In this document: positions 27,448 through 40,219 of the stretch, in pieces
Layout of the letters: every line of letters begins with the position of its first letter
Position numbering within the stretch: position 1 is the first letter of the stretch
NCBI RefSeq assembly: GCF_964204645.1
Contig: NC_134030.1
Location: 7,420,778 to 7,484,777 of the forward strand
DNA: 64,000 bases
From: Tubulanus polymorphus
Lineage: Eukaryota; Animalia; Nemertea
Direction of reading: 5' to 3'
Program-made: the position numbers and the translations under genes
Notes under the pieces: model-generated
Told to the model about the DNA's origin: nothing
The model's database searches: none
The model's input: the letters and a program-made list of their open reading frames with translations, nothing else

Positions 27448-28102
27448 GGTTCAAACGACACTTCTAATGCAGTGAAGCGATTGGTCTGTAATTATATGCG
27501 CATTCGATACGGAGAAAGGGGGAGAAAAACAATTGAAAAGCAATGGAATAAACCGATCATAACAACTACTAAAACATAGTAAAGTAACATAATACGGCGT
27601 GTTTGTGTATATGTGTAAATGTGTAGGAGCTCAAACTTTTCACGAAATTCTACTACGCTATAGGCCTATATAAATGGATTTATAGATTTACTGCGCCTCC
27701 CGACGCCTTAGATTCATGTAAATATGCGTAGATTCTAACTGTTCGAATATAACAGAATACGAAGAGAAGAGAACAGATCGCAGTCCGTTGCCGTCGTCAA
27801 AAGTCACGATTAATTGTTTACGTCGAGGATTAAACGGGAATCTTATAAACATTAGACCCAGTGTTGTCGTGGTCGATGTGTGATGACGATCAGTGTCTTG
27901 CGCTCGGAGCAGTGATTGTTGTCTGAGAAGTTGCTACCCGCTCGAACTGTTGTTTATTTCGATTCGCGTTTGAACGTGTCTCCGTAGACGCTGCCGTCGT
28001 CACCACCGTCATCGATCAGTCAACTTATCGCATTGTAGCAGCCTGTTGCCTTTGGTTACACGTGGGAATGTGCGTTGATTGTTGCCCGTCGCTGTGGTAA
28101 CA
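27448..28102 (+). other. putative 5'UTR portion of the nephrin-like signal-peptide exon
   Basis: Acceptor-like tttatcttcag| at 27447, then CpG-rich non-coding sequence up to ATG 28103. Inferred, not transcript-verified. Confidence 0.4.
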
Positions 28103-28166
28103 ATGTACATGTCAATGTCTCGTCGGCTGGTGATTGTCGTGATCAATCTCGGAATTCTCAGTATAG
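28103..28166 (+). CDS. NPHS1: nephrin-like coding exon 1 (signal peptide)
   Basis: MYMSMSRRLVIVVINLGILSI then phase-1 donor G|gtatgt. Joins in frame to 40281, giving ...ILSIVFG-QLQ, a plausible signal-peptidase site. Confidence 0.75.
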
Positions 28167-31100
28167 GTATGTAAGATTTTCTAAATTTTATTTACGATCG
28201 TAACCTTGGATGTTGTTTGTTTTTGAATGGTCGTAAGAATCTTGCCAAGCGCAATAACGCCTGTCGAAACGGTTTCTTCAAGATGAGTCCAAATTGAAGC
28301 TCAAGAGAATATTAACAAAACTGTTGATGAATTTAGTGAATGGTATATTTTACAAATCTGTTAAGGCTCAAATCTCTCTTACTTCCACTAAAGGATGCCG
28401 TGAAGGTGTAAAATATAGTTTAGCCTATTTATTGGTTGTGTTACTATAGTCGCTTTAGAAAAAGTTGAATGAAAAGGTTTAAAAAGTTGAATGAAGCTCA
28501 GGTTTATATTCTGTCCCCATTCAACCTCAGGTTGTAAATAATTCACGCAATTTACCGTTAATTACTACTATAATTGATACTCTAATTGGTGTGTAATTAC
28601 ACTCAGGCAATGGAATAGACAGGTCTTTAGTATGAAGTTTTTATCATGAATGGTGAATCTCAATTTGTGAGCAATGAAATATTTGAAAGTAGTAGTAGTT
28701 TCTATGCCTTCAGTGTTCTCCACAACAGGTTTTAGAGGGGTGGCCACCCCTTTCATTTTTACCTCCACCACTGAAAATCAGCCACCTCTTGTCTGCCTCT
28801 ATTGGAGTGGATATCAATACTCTAATAACGCTGATAATTGCCTTGAAATGTATTGAGCTACTTTGACGAATAGAAGATTACACCAACATTAAGCTTGATT
28901 TTCGTTTTTTTTTGGGGGATCGATAGCCTTGCTATGTCAGCAGCAAAGACGTCATACACTTAACAATGAATGCAGCCCCTTTAAACTTGCAGCATATGCA
29001 GAACACTGAATGTTTCGTGCTTCAGGAATCTGGTTTTCCATCTCTTTAGATAGTACATCAGCATTTGTATAAAACATTATTATCTATGTATTTCCAATAT
29101 TGGCAGCGCTGAAGAAGTTATTTGAAGGTTCAATTTGAGATATCAATCGAACAACCTTCTATCATATATAATAACTATGCCAGAGAAAAACGTTAATTAA
29201 GCTTTAAACAGACTGGGCTGAACAGTCATGGACTATAGTCATGATCCCTGGCTCAACAACGCTTGATGAATTTCCCTTTTTGTTCCAGTCTAATAAAAAT
29301 AATATAAGCGTAGCTCGAATATGAGAAATTTGTATTCTCAGTCAACATAGAATAGTTAACGAGATGCTGATTTTATGAATGCCGATAGTACGTAATTTGT
29401 TATTTTACGGATGTGTTTTTTCCAACTGCATAACGTAGCTGCCGGCAATTACCGAACCAACAGCTGGGTGGAGAAGTAAAATTTTTAACTTACGCTAAAT
29501 TGCACAACTGGTACGCAGGCATAATACGGCGCAGTCAATGAGTAAAAGTTATACGGATGTAAGCTTATACTTGTAACAAAAAAAAATGATGGGAAATTTG
29601 ATTTCTTCGATAATATTTTGAAAATATTTGTCTATCGTTAATTGGCCAGAATATTGAATGATCGACGCTTTCAATATGTATTAAATTTCGTTCTTTGTTC
29701 GCGGGTCGGTCGACCAGATTTATAGCAGCCAGGTGAAGAAATAAGAAATGAAACAAAGAAATATCACTAACGTAGAATAGTTAGTTACCTGACATCATCA
29801 GTTTGGATAAATATTAATGTGAATGACTAGAAAAACAGACTGATGTTTATTTTCGCGTTATTGACTCCAGGCTTCGTTTTTGCCTTTTGTTTTTCATTCA
29901 TGATCTCCGAGGATTAAAACCAAGGCAAAGCGTTCGTGTAGGGATTCAAACCTAATGGACTCAAGACGGATTTCGATGGGTTGAAGGCGTTCGCACTAGT
30001 GAAAAGTCAGTTCTAAACGGTCCATTTCATTTTATAACAAACCAATCTAGACCGATCCAGGTCTGTTCTATGTTTTAGGATGGTCCATTTCTCTGACTTT
30101 GCTTTGATTGCCAGTCAAACACGGTTTGAATGTCTAGCTGGTCCAGTGATAACCGCACAACATTGATCGGGTCCATTCGAAATTGGTCATTCCAGGTACG
30201 GGCCAAATTACAATGGACTAACTAGTGATAGTGTGAACACTGCTTATATCACTTTGGTTAGCTTACCTAGCCACAAATCTTCTAAATAGTTAACCCATTC
30301 TGACCTCTTATTACAAACATGATTAATGTCCATCGATATGTTGAAGTCCAGGTGGATACTTTCACGACTGTAATATAGGCCTATTGGAACCGGATCCATT
30401 TGAAAGGGAATTAGATTTCTATTGTTTCCGTTAATCTAAGCGAGTGCATTACTGAGCGATGAAGTCACCACCAGTACCACCGGGGTTATCATTATTATCG
30501 CGATCGGGTCTATTAGCAACTTCATTTCCTCAACAATGTTCCCATTGATATCTAGTGGCAGCGCATTCTACGTATAACTTCCCTATCTTTGAACCCCGGT
30601 GTCAATGTAGATATATCAGTTGAGTTGTGTTATTTTGTCGGTTTCTGGTGCCAGTCTTGGTGGAACCGCATAACAGGCCTTATCTACGACGGTTCAAGAC
30701 GCCTGATTCGCAAAAAAGAAGAATTCAGGAAGCATCGAGCCCGCGTTGCTTAGACGCATTGAGCGAGTCATTTTTTCACCTTCGATATGATTTACTGTGG
30801 TTTATTGTTGTTGCAAGTTTTCATAACTCTTTTTCTCAAATTCTTTTTAATATGAAATATGATTGAGGTTACAATAACAACCGTAGATTATCCTCTTCCG
30901 TTTCAAATTGCGATGCGGGAAGACGGGATAAACATAGCTTATGTTTATCGCAGTTTTATAAGTTGTTGATGTTATGTAATATTGATCCGGGCGATACGTC
31001 ATAAACAACATAAAATCTATATGCGCCGAATGCCGGAAGGCGTTTCGCACGCCTACACCCAATTTCAACTTTCAAGGCGCTATATTTGTGGGTTAAATTT

Positions 31101-34100
31101 AAAAACGTGAAAATTTCCTAAAAAAAAGCTGATTGAACCTTATGTAGGGTTTCAAGCTGAGGATTCCACCCACCACCAATCATTCGATATTTCATCCACC
31201 ACTGACCATTCTTAGAATTTGTTTCGTTGTCCAGGGTTCACCTGTCTTCAGGACCAAAGATGTTTTTGATCGAAAAAATGAACTAACAAATGGATTACAA
31301 AGAACCGCAAAAATACATCAAGAGGATCGGGTATTTTTTATTCCGGGCGTTCTTAGAAAATCAGCACACGTTCAAAAAGTGTTGATCGCCAAGACACCAT
31401 CCGTCTAACCGTCTGAAAGTGGTATTTCCAGGCCGCGGATTGATACCTGCATTATTATTAGCTTGGTAAAAGTGTAGGTACAAAGAACTGAGCGAGGGAC
31501 TGTAAGATAATTCCTACGCGGAGTCATTTTCAAAAGTTATCCGCGCGCAGCTCTCCAATTATTTATTCTTATTCATTAAGCGTTGCATTTCACGTCAACA
31601 CAGGGGGGATGGGGGAAAGAGAGCAACATCGAATATCAGGATTCGCGTTTCAAATCGATAACACTTCAAACATCTATTTGTGAAAAGTTATATGCACACT
31701 CCAGCGATATAGTTTGAAAACTAAGTAGAAATCAATTGAAAAGTTACGATCAAAGAAAGCTTCATATAAATTCATATAAATTCTATATGTTTAGTGATTG
31801 ATAGTTCATCATTATTACTGGGTAGTGCCATTGCTGATTTCCTTCTCTCTACGATTTCAAATGATGAATGAAAAACCCGAGGATGAACCTAAAACATCGA
31901 TCCAAATTGCTGGTAAATCATTTCATGTGGGAGGCTGAAATTCTATGAAAGTTAATTGAAAAATTGACTTGATATTGACTAAGTTTCAATAGTAGAATAG
32001 TTTATTTTCTCTCTAACCAAACATTAGCAAGAAGGTTACAAGCATTTAAACAATAGAAATTTATAATTTACAAAACTTAAAAACCAGAAAGCAAAAATAC
32101 ACATAGAATAGAATAATAATGGAGATAACAGATACGTCAAGTAATTTTCGAATAACTCGAGGCCAACATTTACAAATCTAGCAAGGATATTGTTATTCAC
32201 AGCATATGTCAAACTGTTATGCATGCCATCTGGTGGTAGCGAGGTCCTTCTGAAGGAATTCTAGACGAGTGGTACAGCTTGCCTTCATCTGGAAAATGCA
32301 TCGATAAAGTGGCCATGGGTGAAACATTTCTTTATAACTTCTTTAGTGGACTTATATTTGATAACGGTTTATGAGAATTCCTGGTAGCGTTAATCGAGTA
32401 TGAAAGATTTTTTTTGAATTTTATACAGCAAACACTTCAAGAATCCTGTAGTTACATGACCCGACGTCGATAGGTTCAGTCGGATATGTGTGAGGAAAAA
32501 ATTATACGCGAAAACTCTGAAAAACCGAGTTATTTTTAAGACAAATGAACGAATGATAGACGGAGAATGATGAGAATGTCGAGAATAAACCGGGGTTCGT
32601 TGTTGTTTTAGTAACTAAGTAAGATTGTTTACTATGCAGCGCGGACCACCACTGATGAACACCAAATCAAGTCCACTGCCTCGGTTAGATAATCTCATCA
32701 CTAAAGCTCTTATTACCCTTTTACACCTGAGGGCCGGAATCGTGCCTGAATGCCCCCCAAAAAAGAACTCGCTCATAATCTCTAAATCTAGTGGCAAAAA
32801 GGAATACGCATTTTCATGTTTTCTGTTTTGATCAATGCCAAGTTATGATTTCATCTTTTTGCACCTAAAAATGTTATCGTATCTGGGCTGAGTAAGATGT
32901 GTATATACCCAGAAACCAAAACCATCTACTTACACATGATTGGGTTCTATTTTAACCATAACATAATTGACATTGATGATATGGTGAAGTATACACCAGT
33001 TTATGAATTACTTAAATCGGACTGTATCCTTTTCTGTTTTTCTCAAATTCACCTCAGTGGCCAATATTATCGGCTTACTTAGGCTATGTTAATAATAGAG
33101 CGATTGTTGTGGGGTTTTTTGCTCAAATTAACGGCGTTTCTTCACAGAAAATCATCTAAGTGGTCATTCATTTTTTTGCGAAACGCATCTCTAAAACGCC
33201 GCAGCCATTACTTACAACACCTACGTCTATTCGGCAAGAGGAGTTTCTTCAGGGCGCTGAAAAAAAACGAGAGAACACTGATTGGGATTCCTTTGAGCTT
33301 GTTCTTTATCCGAGGATTACCGCAATAAATGGCCTGTGAAGTATTCCTGCTCGAAGGTGTGAGCGAACATGTTTCTGTCAGTTGAGCATAGATTGACTGC
33401 CAGATGCAGGCAAAATAACCCCCCTATAATCAGCTCGTTACGTTTTCGCGGTATTAGGTATCATATTGAATAAAACTGCCAGTGTCTACTTCTCTTAATC
33501 CTTCCTAAAGTTCATCATCACTCTTATTCGCCGTGAATGCCTCCGCCGAAGCGGCTCTCCTTCGGTGGAAAAAACATTTCATCTCAATGAAGCTATTTGA
33601 TTGAATGTAACTTTATGTTTTATGGCTTTTGTATTTCGATTTTTAGCATGCTGTACCGCTGGGTCGTAGTGGTGGTCTTTCCTGTGAACGCTACATACCA
33701 CGATTTCTGACGAACCGTCTTTTTCAAATTTGGACATTGTGTATGACCATATAATCCTGGAGGAGTTCCATATTTGTGGTAATCGGATCCACGATGAACG
33801 ATATGTTACCATCTTGGTTTCTGAAATTATACATTTTGGTCATCAACTCAACAAGTTTTCCATGTCCAAACTAGGTCATAATGTCATCCAAGATGGCCGA
33901 CTGTGACTTAGCACTTGACCAAGCACTTCACTCAAGTGTTCACATCTTGTTCGAATTACAATGCCCTGATATGATACTAGAATCTTTAATATCAATAGGG
34001 CTATCAGTTATTGGGCGTAACCAGCAACACTGTTGTACCAAGCGAGAATTTCATTTGTGGCGAGCCGGATCCACGGGTTCTGCTAATTGATACTCCATTT

Positions 34101-37100
34101 TCTGCGCGTCGATATTTCAATTAGATAAAATCGATGAAAAATTGAAATCGGTTACGATCTTTTTTCGTTACTCATACTCGCTAAGAAATTGATATTGATA
34201 ACATAGCGCTTCGAGGTCCTATTAGATTGACATTCAACAAGTTGTAGAAAGACAAGAATGAAACGGTAAATAAGTTAGCATCGATCTTTACCGGGTACGT
34301 ACGCTCGCGCGCACCCGAAATTGCTGATCTGATTTACTAGCATTACGCTCAGAAGACATCGTAGCTGAGACAATGTCGTTTAATGTTATTTGATGCCGGT
34401 TATGTATCGGTATTGACAAGCGTGACATACTGTACCCTCTCCCCTCTCCCTCTCCCTCTCCTTCACCCTCTCCCTCTCTCCCTCTCTCCCTCCCTCTCTT
34501 TCTCGCAGAGAAATTCTCTAGTTCTTGTGTCGTGTGGTAAAAGCTTTTTTTTTGTATAGTCTAGTTAACTCAATGGCAGAATTCGCCCTTTAATGTAACA
34601 AATGTCCACAGTTTCGTGGGTGACACAGTATTTTTTCGTTGACAACTTCGTGTCCGTCTTACCCAAACTATTTAATACAATGATCCATGAAAAAATAATT
34701 CGCTTTGGTCGGCTGTTGCGTTAAAGGGAAAAGATTTTCATGGTTCAACAACCGATGATACAGACATTCCCTAAAAATTGTTACTTGTGGCCGACAGTAT
34801 AGTAGAACCCAACTTCGATATCACCAGTTGATTAGATTTTCTAAAAAGACTACACTAGATATATGAACGCATTTTTGATGCATCTGATGCTTTGTAATGT
34901 GATTTTTGAAATGGGTAAATATATATATATATGTGCATATAGGGCCTATACAAAACGGGTTTTCATGTAGCAGCGCTCCCTTTTGAATGACACTGTGGTG
35001 CTGCTGATGCTGGCATTTACCTGTAAATAACGTTGGCAATCGGATAAATTACTACCACGCCATATTAGTGGAGAGAAAATTGATTTAGACTATCGTTGGT
35101 TTTTTTTTTTTGGTTTAGCTTCTAATGCATTATCGAATCGGCTCTAGTTGCAAATTGCGCTGATGACAACGGATTCCTTTCTTACAGGCCTTATGAACTT
35201 TCAAGCGATGTAAGCTTGGTTTCACCATGGACGTATAAATCTAGTTTATACGTCCATGGTTTCACAGGCCAGTCAAATAATTGCGTCTGAATTTGACCTG
35301 GTTCTGGAAGTGATTCACTTTGCTTTGTTACAGCATTGTTTGGTATCATGTGACCACACTCTCTAATTAGGCAGGGACCAAATTTGACTGGGGCCTGATG
35401 CGGGCCAAATAGTCTCCGTGTGAATGACTGCTAGGCCCTATAATGGACTTAAAATTTAAGACTGGCTGCATGTTTATCTTGTTCCTAGCTATTTGTGTGT
35501 CCTAGCTTTGGACTGTAGTCAGGATTTTGTGTATCCGTAGTGTACATTGGAGACATTCACAACCTTTACAGTTATGATCGAGTACCCAAGGGGTGGATAC
35601 TCAAACGTAAGTCTCATTTCATTATTTATAGCCATTTAAGTGCCAATTACTGACTAAAATTTGTCATTGGGAATTGCGACCATATTTCTTGTCTCAAGCG
35701 AAAATGGTACATTTACAATATCAAACCGGCCACTCCAGGGATCGGAATGCAATGATACCTAAAAATTTAGATTTGATAAATGGAGCCCCTGAGGGAATAG
35801 TATTTCGTTAACTGGATGTCAATTACCTACAAATTTGACCATAATCGCCATGAGATATTCGTTCATCAAACTTATCACCATTGAAGTAGAATTAATCATT
35901 GTTGCTGCAATAATTTGTTTTTCCAAGGCCAGAGGATGCAAGCAGGGGGTTACTTGCCCATGTCATTATCATTCACGATGAAAAGCGCACAAAATATCTT
36001 TTCAAAAGATGAGCTTTGTTGGTTTTTAAGTGGAGTTTATTTGTAATAATCCTGTGGTTTCTTTCATTCGCTGGAAATCCATACCAAAACATCGAAATTT
36101 GTACCATTGACCCTGAACATCAAAATACTGCCAAGCAACCTCGTCATAGGTAGCAAGCTGCAATGTACCCCAACCCATGCCTACAGAGTGTTCACGCTAA
36201 AATATTTTCAAAATGATACTGGCAAACGAGGTGAGTCGCTTCGAAAACCGGTGAGCATTCGCAAGGATTGATTTGACCCATGCTAGAATTCTGTCGAGTC
36301 TGGTCTGAAGTTTTTGGTCGGGCCAAATTTGGCCCGTTGCAAGCATCGATCAGACACGGACCCATTTTGCACCAGTGTTGGATGGTTGACTCGGGTCAAA
36401 GACATTTGTGTGATTGCGAAAGTTATTCTATATATCTGAAAATCTGAATAAAAACAGGTGTGGTTGGATTCGTAGATTTATGTATCATGTATATCTTCCC
36501 GTTTTGTTAGAAATAAAATCGATGCCGTTTTTACCGGTGTTTTCAGTTTTCCCGCTATAAAACCCAGTCTCATATCGATTCGCCGGTGAAGCGTGCACGA
36601 CTTTCGTTAACCGCATTTCGATGAAATTCGACTCGTATCGGGTAAAAAAGAATCGCGAGTGTGCGTTATTAGTCCCATGTATTTTGTTCACGTAAAACGA
36701 AACCGCTTCGGGAAATTCGATGGGGCGCACACGTGCACGTGCGGCATCGGTTCCAACTGTTTTCATCGACAAAAACAAACTATTTTCCGAATCCGTTCGA
36801 TTTCGTAGAATGCGAAAAACATGACGACGATGACGGCGACTGCACCGGAGAATTTCAACGTCGCCGACGCCGCCATTTTAAATCGATAGCCCACTTTTTC
36901 GGTCGGCGGAATTTATCGGCATATGAATAAAACTGGTGAAATGTTCGATAAAACTTGAATCCACTTAATCAGAGTGATTTCTCCCTTTTCGCCCGCGATA
37001 TTCGATATACGTCGTTTCGTCGAGACTACTTACGCTCGCGCTGCCGCGGAAATTTTAGATTCGTAGAAACTGCGAACTGCATTGTCTACGAGATAGTTGA

Positions 37101-40100
37101 ATAATTGACTTCGACATTTGTCGAGGATCCCATTGAAAAGTCAATATCCAGCTTCGGTGTTTGACAGAAGCGCGAGTGCGTAGGAGTGGTTTAGATATCT
37201 TTGGGTCAAACTTCAGTGCAGAAATGTGAAAATTGAAGAACTTTTTTTTTCGATTTGTGAATGTAGGGAGGCCTCGAACAAATGCTTCTTTCATATTGAT
37301 ATAATAAGAATACCATAATAAAGACAAGAAAACAACTGTAGTTTATTCAACGTTTCGACTAATATGTACTAAATTTGTACTAGTAATCGTCAGGAATACT
37401 GAATAAACTACCAGCTCAAGGAAACATTTTCGGACTTAACCATTTTCTTGTCTTTATTGTGGGATTCTCGATATAAAGTGTTATCAATGGTCTTCAATCA
37501 TATTTACATCATTTGATACGCTTTCTGCTCCGGTATGCTTGACAAGATGGTCGGATACTGTCTGGGCATTGCGCTGGATCCGCCCATAAATGGTCAGGTT
37601 AAATAAAGATAATAATTGGAGAAGCCTTAGCACGAATTTTAAATTAGATTTCTTCAGGGGAAATGAATGATTTCATCTGCAGCGTATAACGCAGGATGTT
37701 CCGCGCTGCGGCTCGGCTCAGAAGATGACTGGTGGGAGCTTCGAAATGGATTTTTCGAGAATCCCCCGTCCATAACTATCTACGTATATCAATCTATAAA
37801 ACAGGTGTTCTACTCTCATCCGTTGCCCGGAGGGGTAATATACACTAGACCCTTTATATCTAAACTCATCGATCAGGTGTGAATTTTATCACATTTTCAC
37901 TGCAGAACGCCGAGTAGTTTCTCATGCAGCGCGCAACTCGCAACTCGTACGGTGGTCTCAAGAGTTCTGTTAGTAAACAGCAAACCCGCTGCTCTCATTG
38001 CACGGTTTACTTCATCACCATCAACGATGTTGATTTCCCGCATATTTTTTATTCGTTGTTTCGATTCGTGATTTCTTTCGGTAGTTTTTTTAGGTGTCTT
38101 GTACTATGTTCAGCGAGCGGTAGTAACGCTTCGCTGGCCGTTCAGACGATTTCCCCAGCTCAGGCGATATCGCGATACCGATACGATACGATACGTTGAT
38201 TTATTCGCTGATACCAACGTCATCATTGAGGTTTAGTTGGTTTTTCTATGCTGATATCATCGCGGAATTCCTCGTGGAATAACGCGGCGAGCGGAATTTG
38301 AGGAAAAATTCAACAAATTTTCGATGCAAAAAATTCTCCCTTTGCCCCGGGAGTTGAAAAAGACACTCCACGTCGAAGTTGGATAAGATGCTGTACAACT
38401 CAAACCCTGATAGATTCAATCCAGTCAAACCATGCGTGGCAAAAAGAGAGATGGTAGACTAATGTGTAATGTGTACAGCAACAATGTTTTTGGAGGTCCC
38501 TGAATGCTTAGATCTAGAAGCGGCTAAATTTTCCAAATATTCAGATTTTTCTTTGGCACTAGTCTGTACGTAGTATTTCTCATTGAGCTATGGTACGTAG
38601 GCATACCTTCCCTATGGCTAATATGATCAGTCGGAAATAAGATGAAAATATACTTTCATAAACCTAAGTATTTCCGTTGAGAATGGTAGCCCGGGGAAAG
38701 GTAAGATTTCATGCACAATTAACAGGTCAATGAGGCATGTACGTCGTATCTGAGTAGATGAAAATGTCTGATGAGAAAAGACTAATGGTTAAAAATGTTG
38801 TAATCGTTGTCCCTGTCATTGCGATGAGAATATTTCAAACGGAGGAAAGGAAGATAATCATTCTCGCTACGTAAGCGACCTATTCTATACGTCGTAAAGG
38901 GAAAACGAGGACTCGTGCGGCGACGCGTTATTCAGCTACGTAGAAAATCGAGCTCCGTTGCAGCTTACTGTTAAAGCTGTAGGAGCTTTGCGTAAGGGAT
39001 CTTAGGGTCCGTTCGAGTGGAACTCTCTCAGTACTTAACTAAGCACAGGAAATTACCCGTCATTTACAACTCTGGCAGATCAACAAGTCGTTGTTTGAAC
39101 GCCGAGTGAAGGGATTTATGGAGTAACTCCAGTAACTACCCGCGCGTTTGGTGAAAATCCTGCGTTTTGTTATTGTTGGGTGTTGAAGCCGTTTCTTCGG
39201 TTGCATTTGCCTGGCTCTAAACCAGGCTGCAAACTGGGCCTGTAAACATTGATTTCTAACCCCCCTCATACCACCCGACATCTGGTTACTATCACAAACA
39301 GGTGTCGGAAACATTTACAGCAGGTCAACTTGATCCCCCACCCCCAATGCAATCCAGTTTCGCTTTCCCAATACCCAGCTATTGGATCTTCTTACCTGGA
39401 ACCCCCTTGTGTGCTGCTATAGACATCTGGTTACTATTACCTTCAACAGGTGTTCTGCAATATTGCAATTCTATTTTACTTATTTTCAGAAAGTCTTTGC
39501 ACATGATGGAAAGTATGCCTTCCTTCCTGCCCAGCGATCCCCTTTTTAGATTCAAACGTGGTAGTTTGATACTCTTTAAAGAGCTGTTTGAATTGTTGAC
39601 TGCTATGTTGATACTATAGACTAAACATTATATCACCTCCCATTACCACTTGTAATGATAAGCAACTACTTGCTCGTAGTTTACCTGCTAGGGTGGTCTA
39701 ATAGACAATATTTAAGCTGCTCTAAGTACATTTTTGATAAGATAGAATATTGAAGGATGCTGTTGGAGTGGTAAAGTATTTCACTGATACCTCGGAATAA
39801 TGATTATTCCAAGCTTACGCGTGTTGTATTTTTGCCAAGTTCATTTCGATCGAAGATCCAGGGTGCCTCGCTATGATGCCTCGTGTATGCCATTAGTGAT
39901 AGATATTACGACAGTAGTTTTGATAGAACTCTCAGTGGATCCACCCAAAGCGGGATTGATATGCCCCACCAGGTGTGGAGTCCGGTGCGGAAAGAGATGA
40001 CTAAACGTAGTAGTCTCTCTCGAATAATTACTAACCGCACCAGGTGCTAACTTAAATAGTTTCAATTTTCAGGCAAGTCAACTGTGAAGGGAAAATAAAA

Positions 40101-40158
40101 CCAGCTGGAAAATATCCGGGATTTCACTGACCTCCTACCGATGACCCATAACCACACA

Positions 40159-40219
<61 letters not shown>

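Noticed and set aside
33542-33575. GC hairpin followed by an A-run (looks like a rho-independent terminator on the - strand)
   Set aside because: Eukaryotic intron context; more likely part of a repeat relic; no function inferable.
39302-39619. 105-aa ORF in a CpG-poor block
   Set aside because: No recognisable domain on either strand; possibly old TE debris but unassignable.
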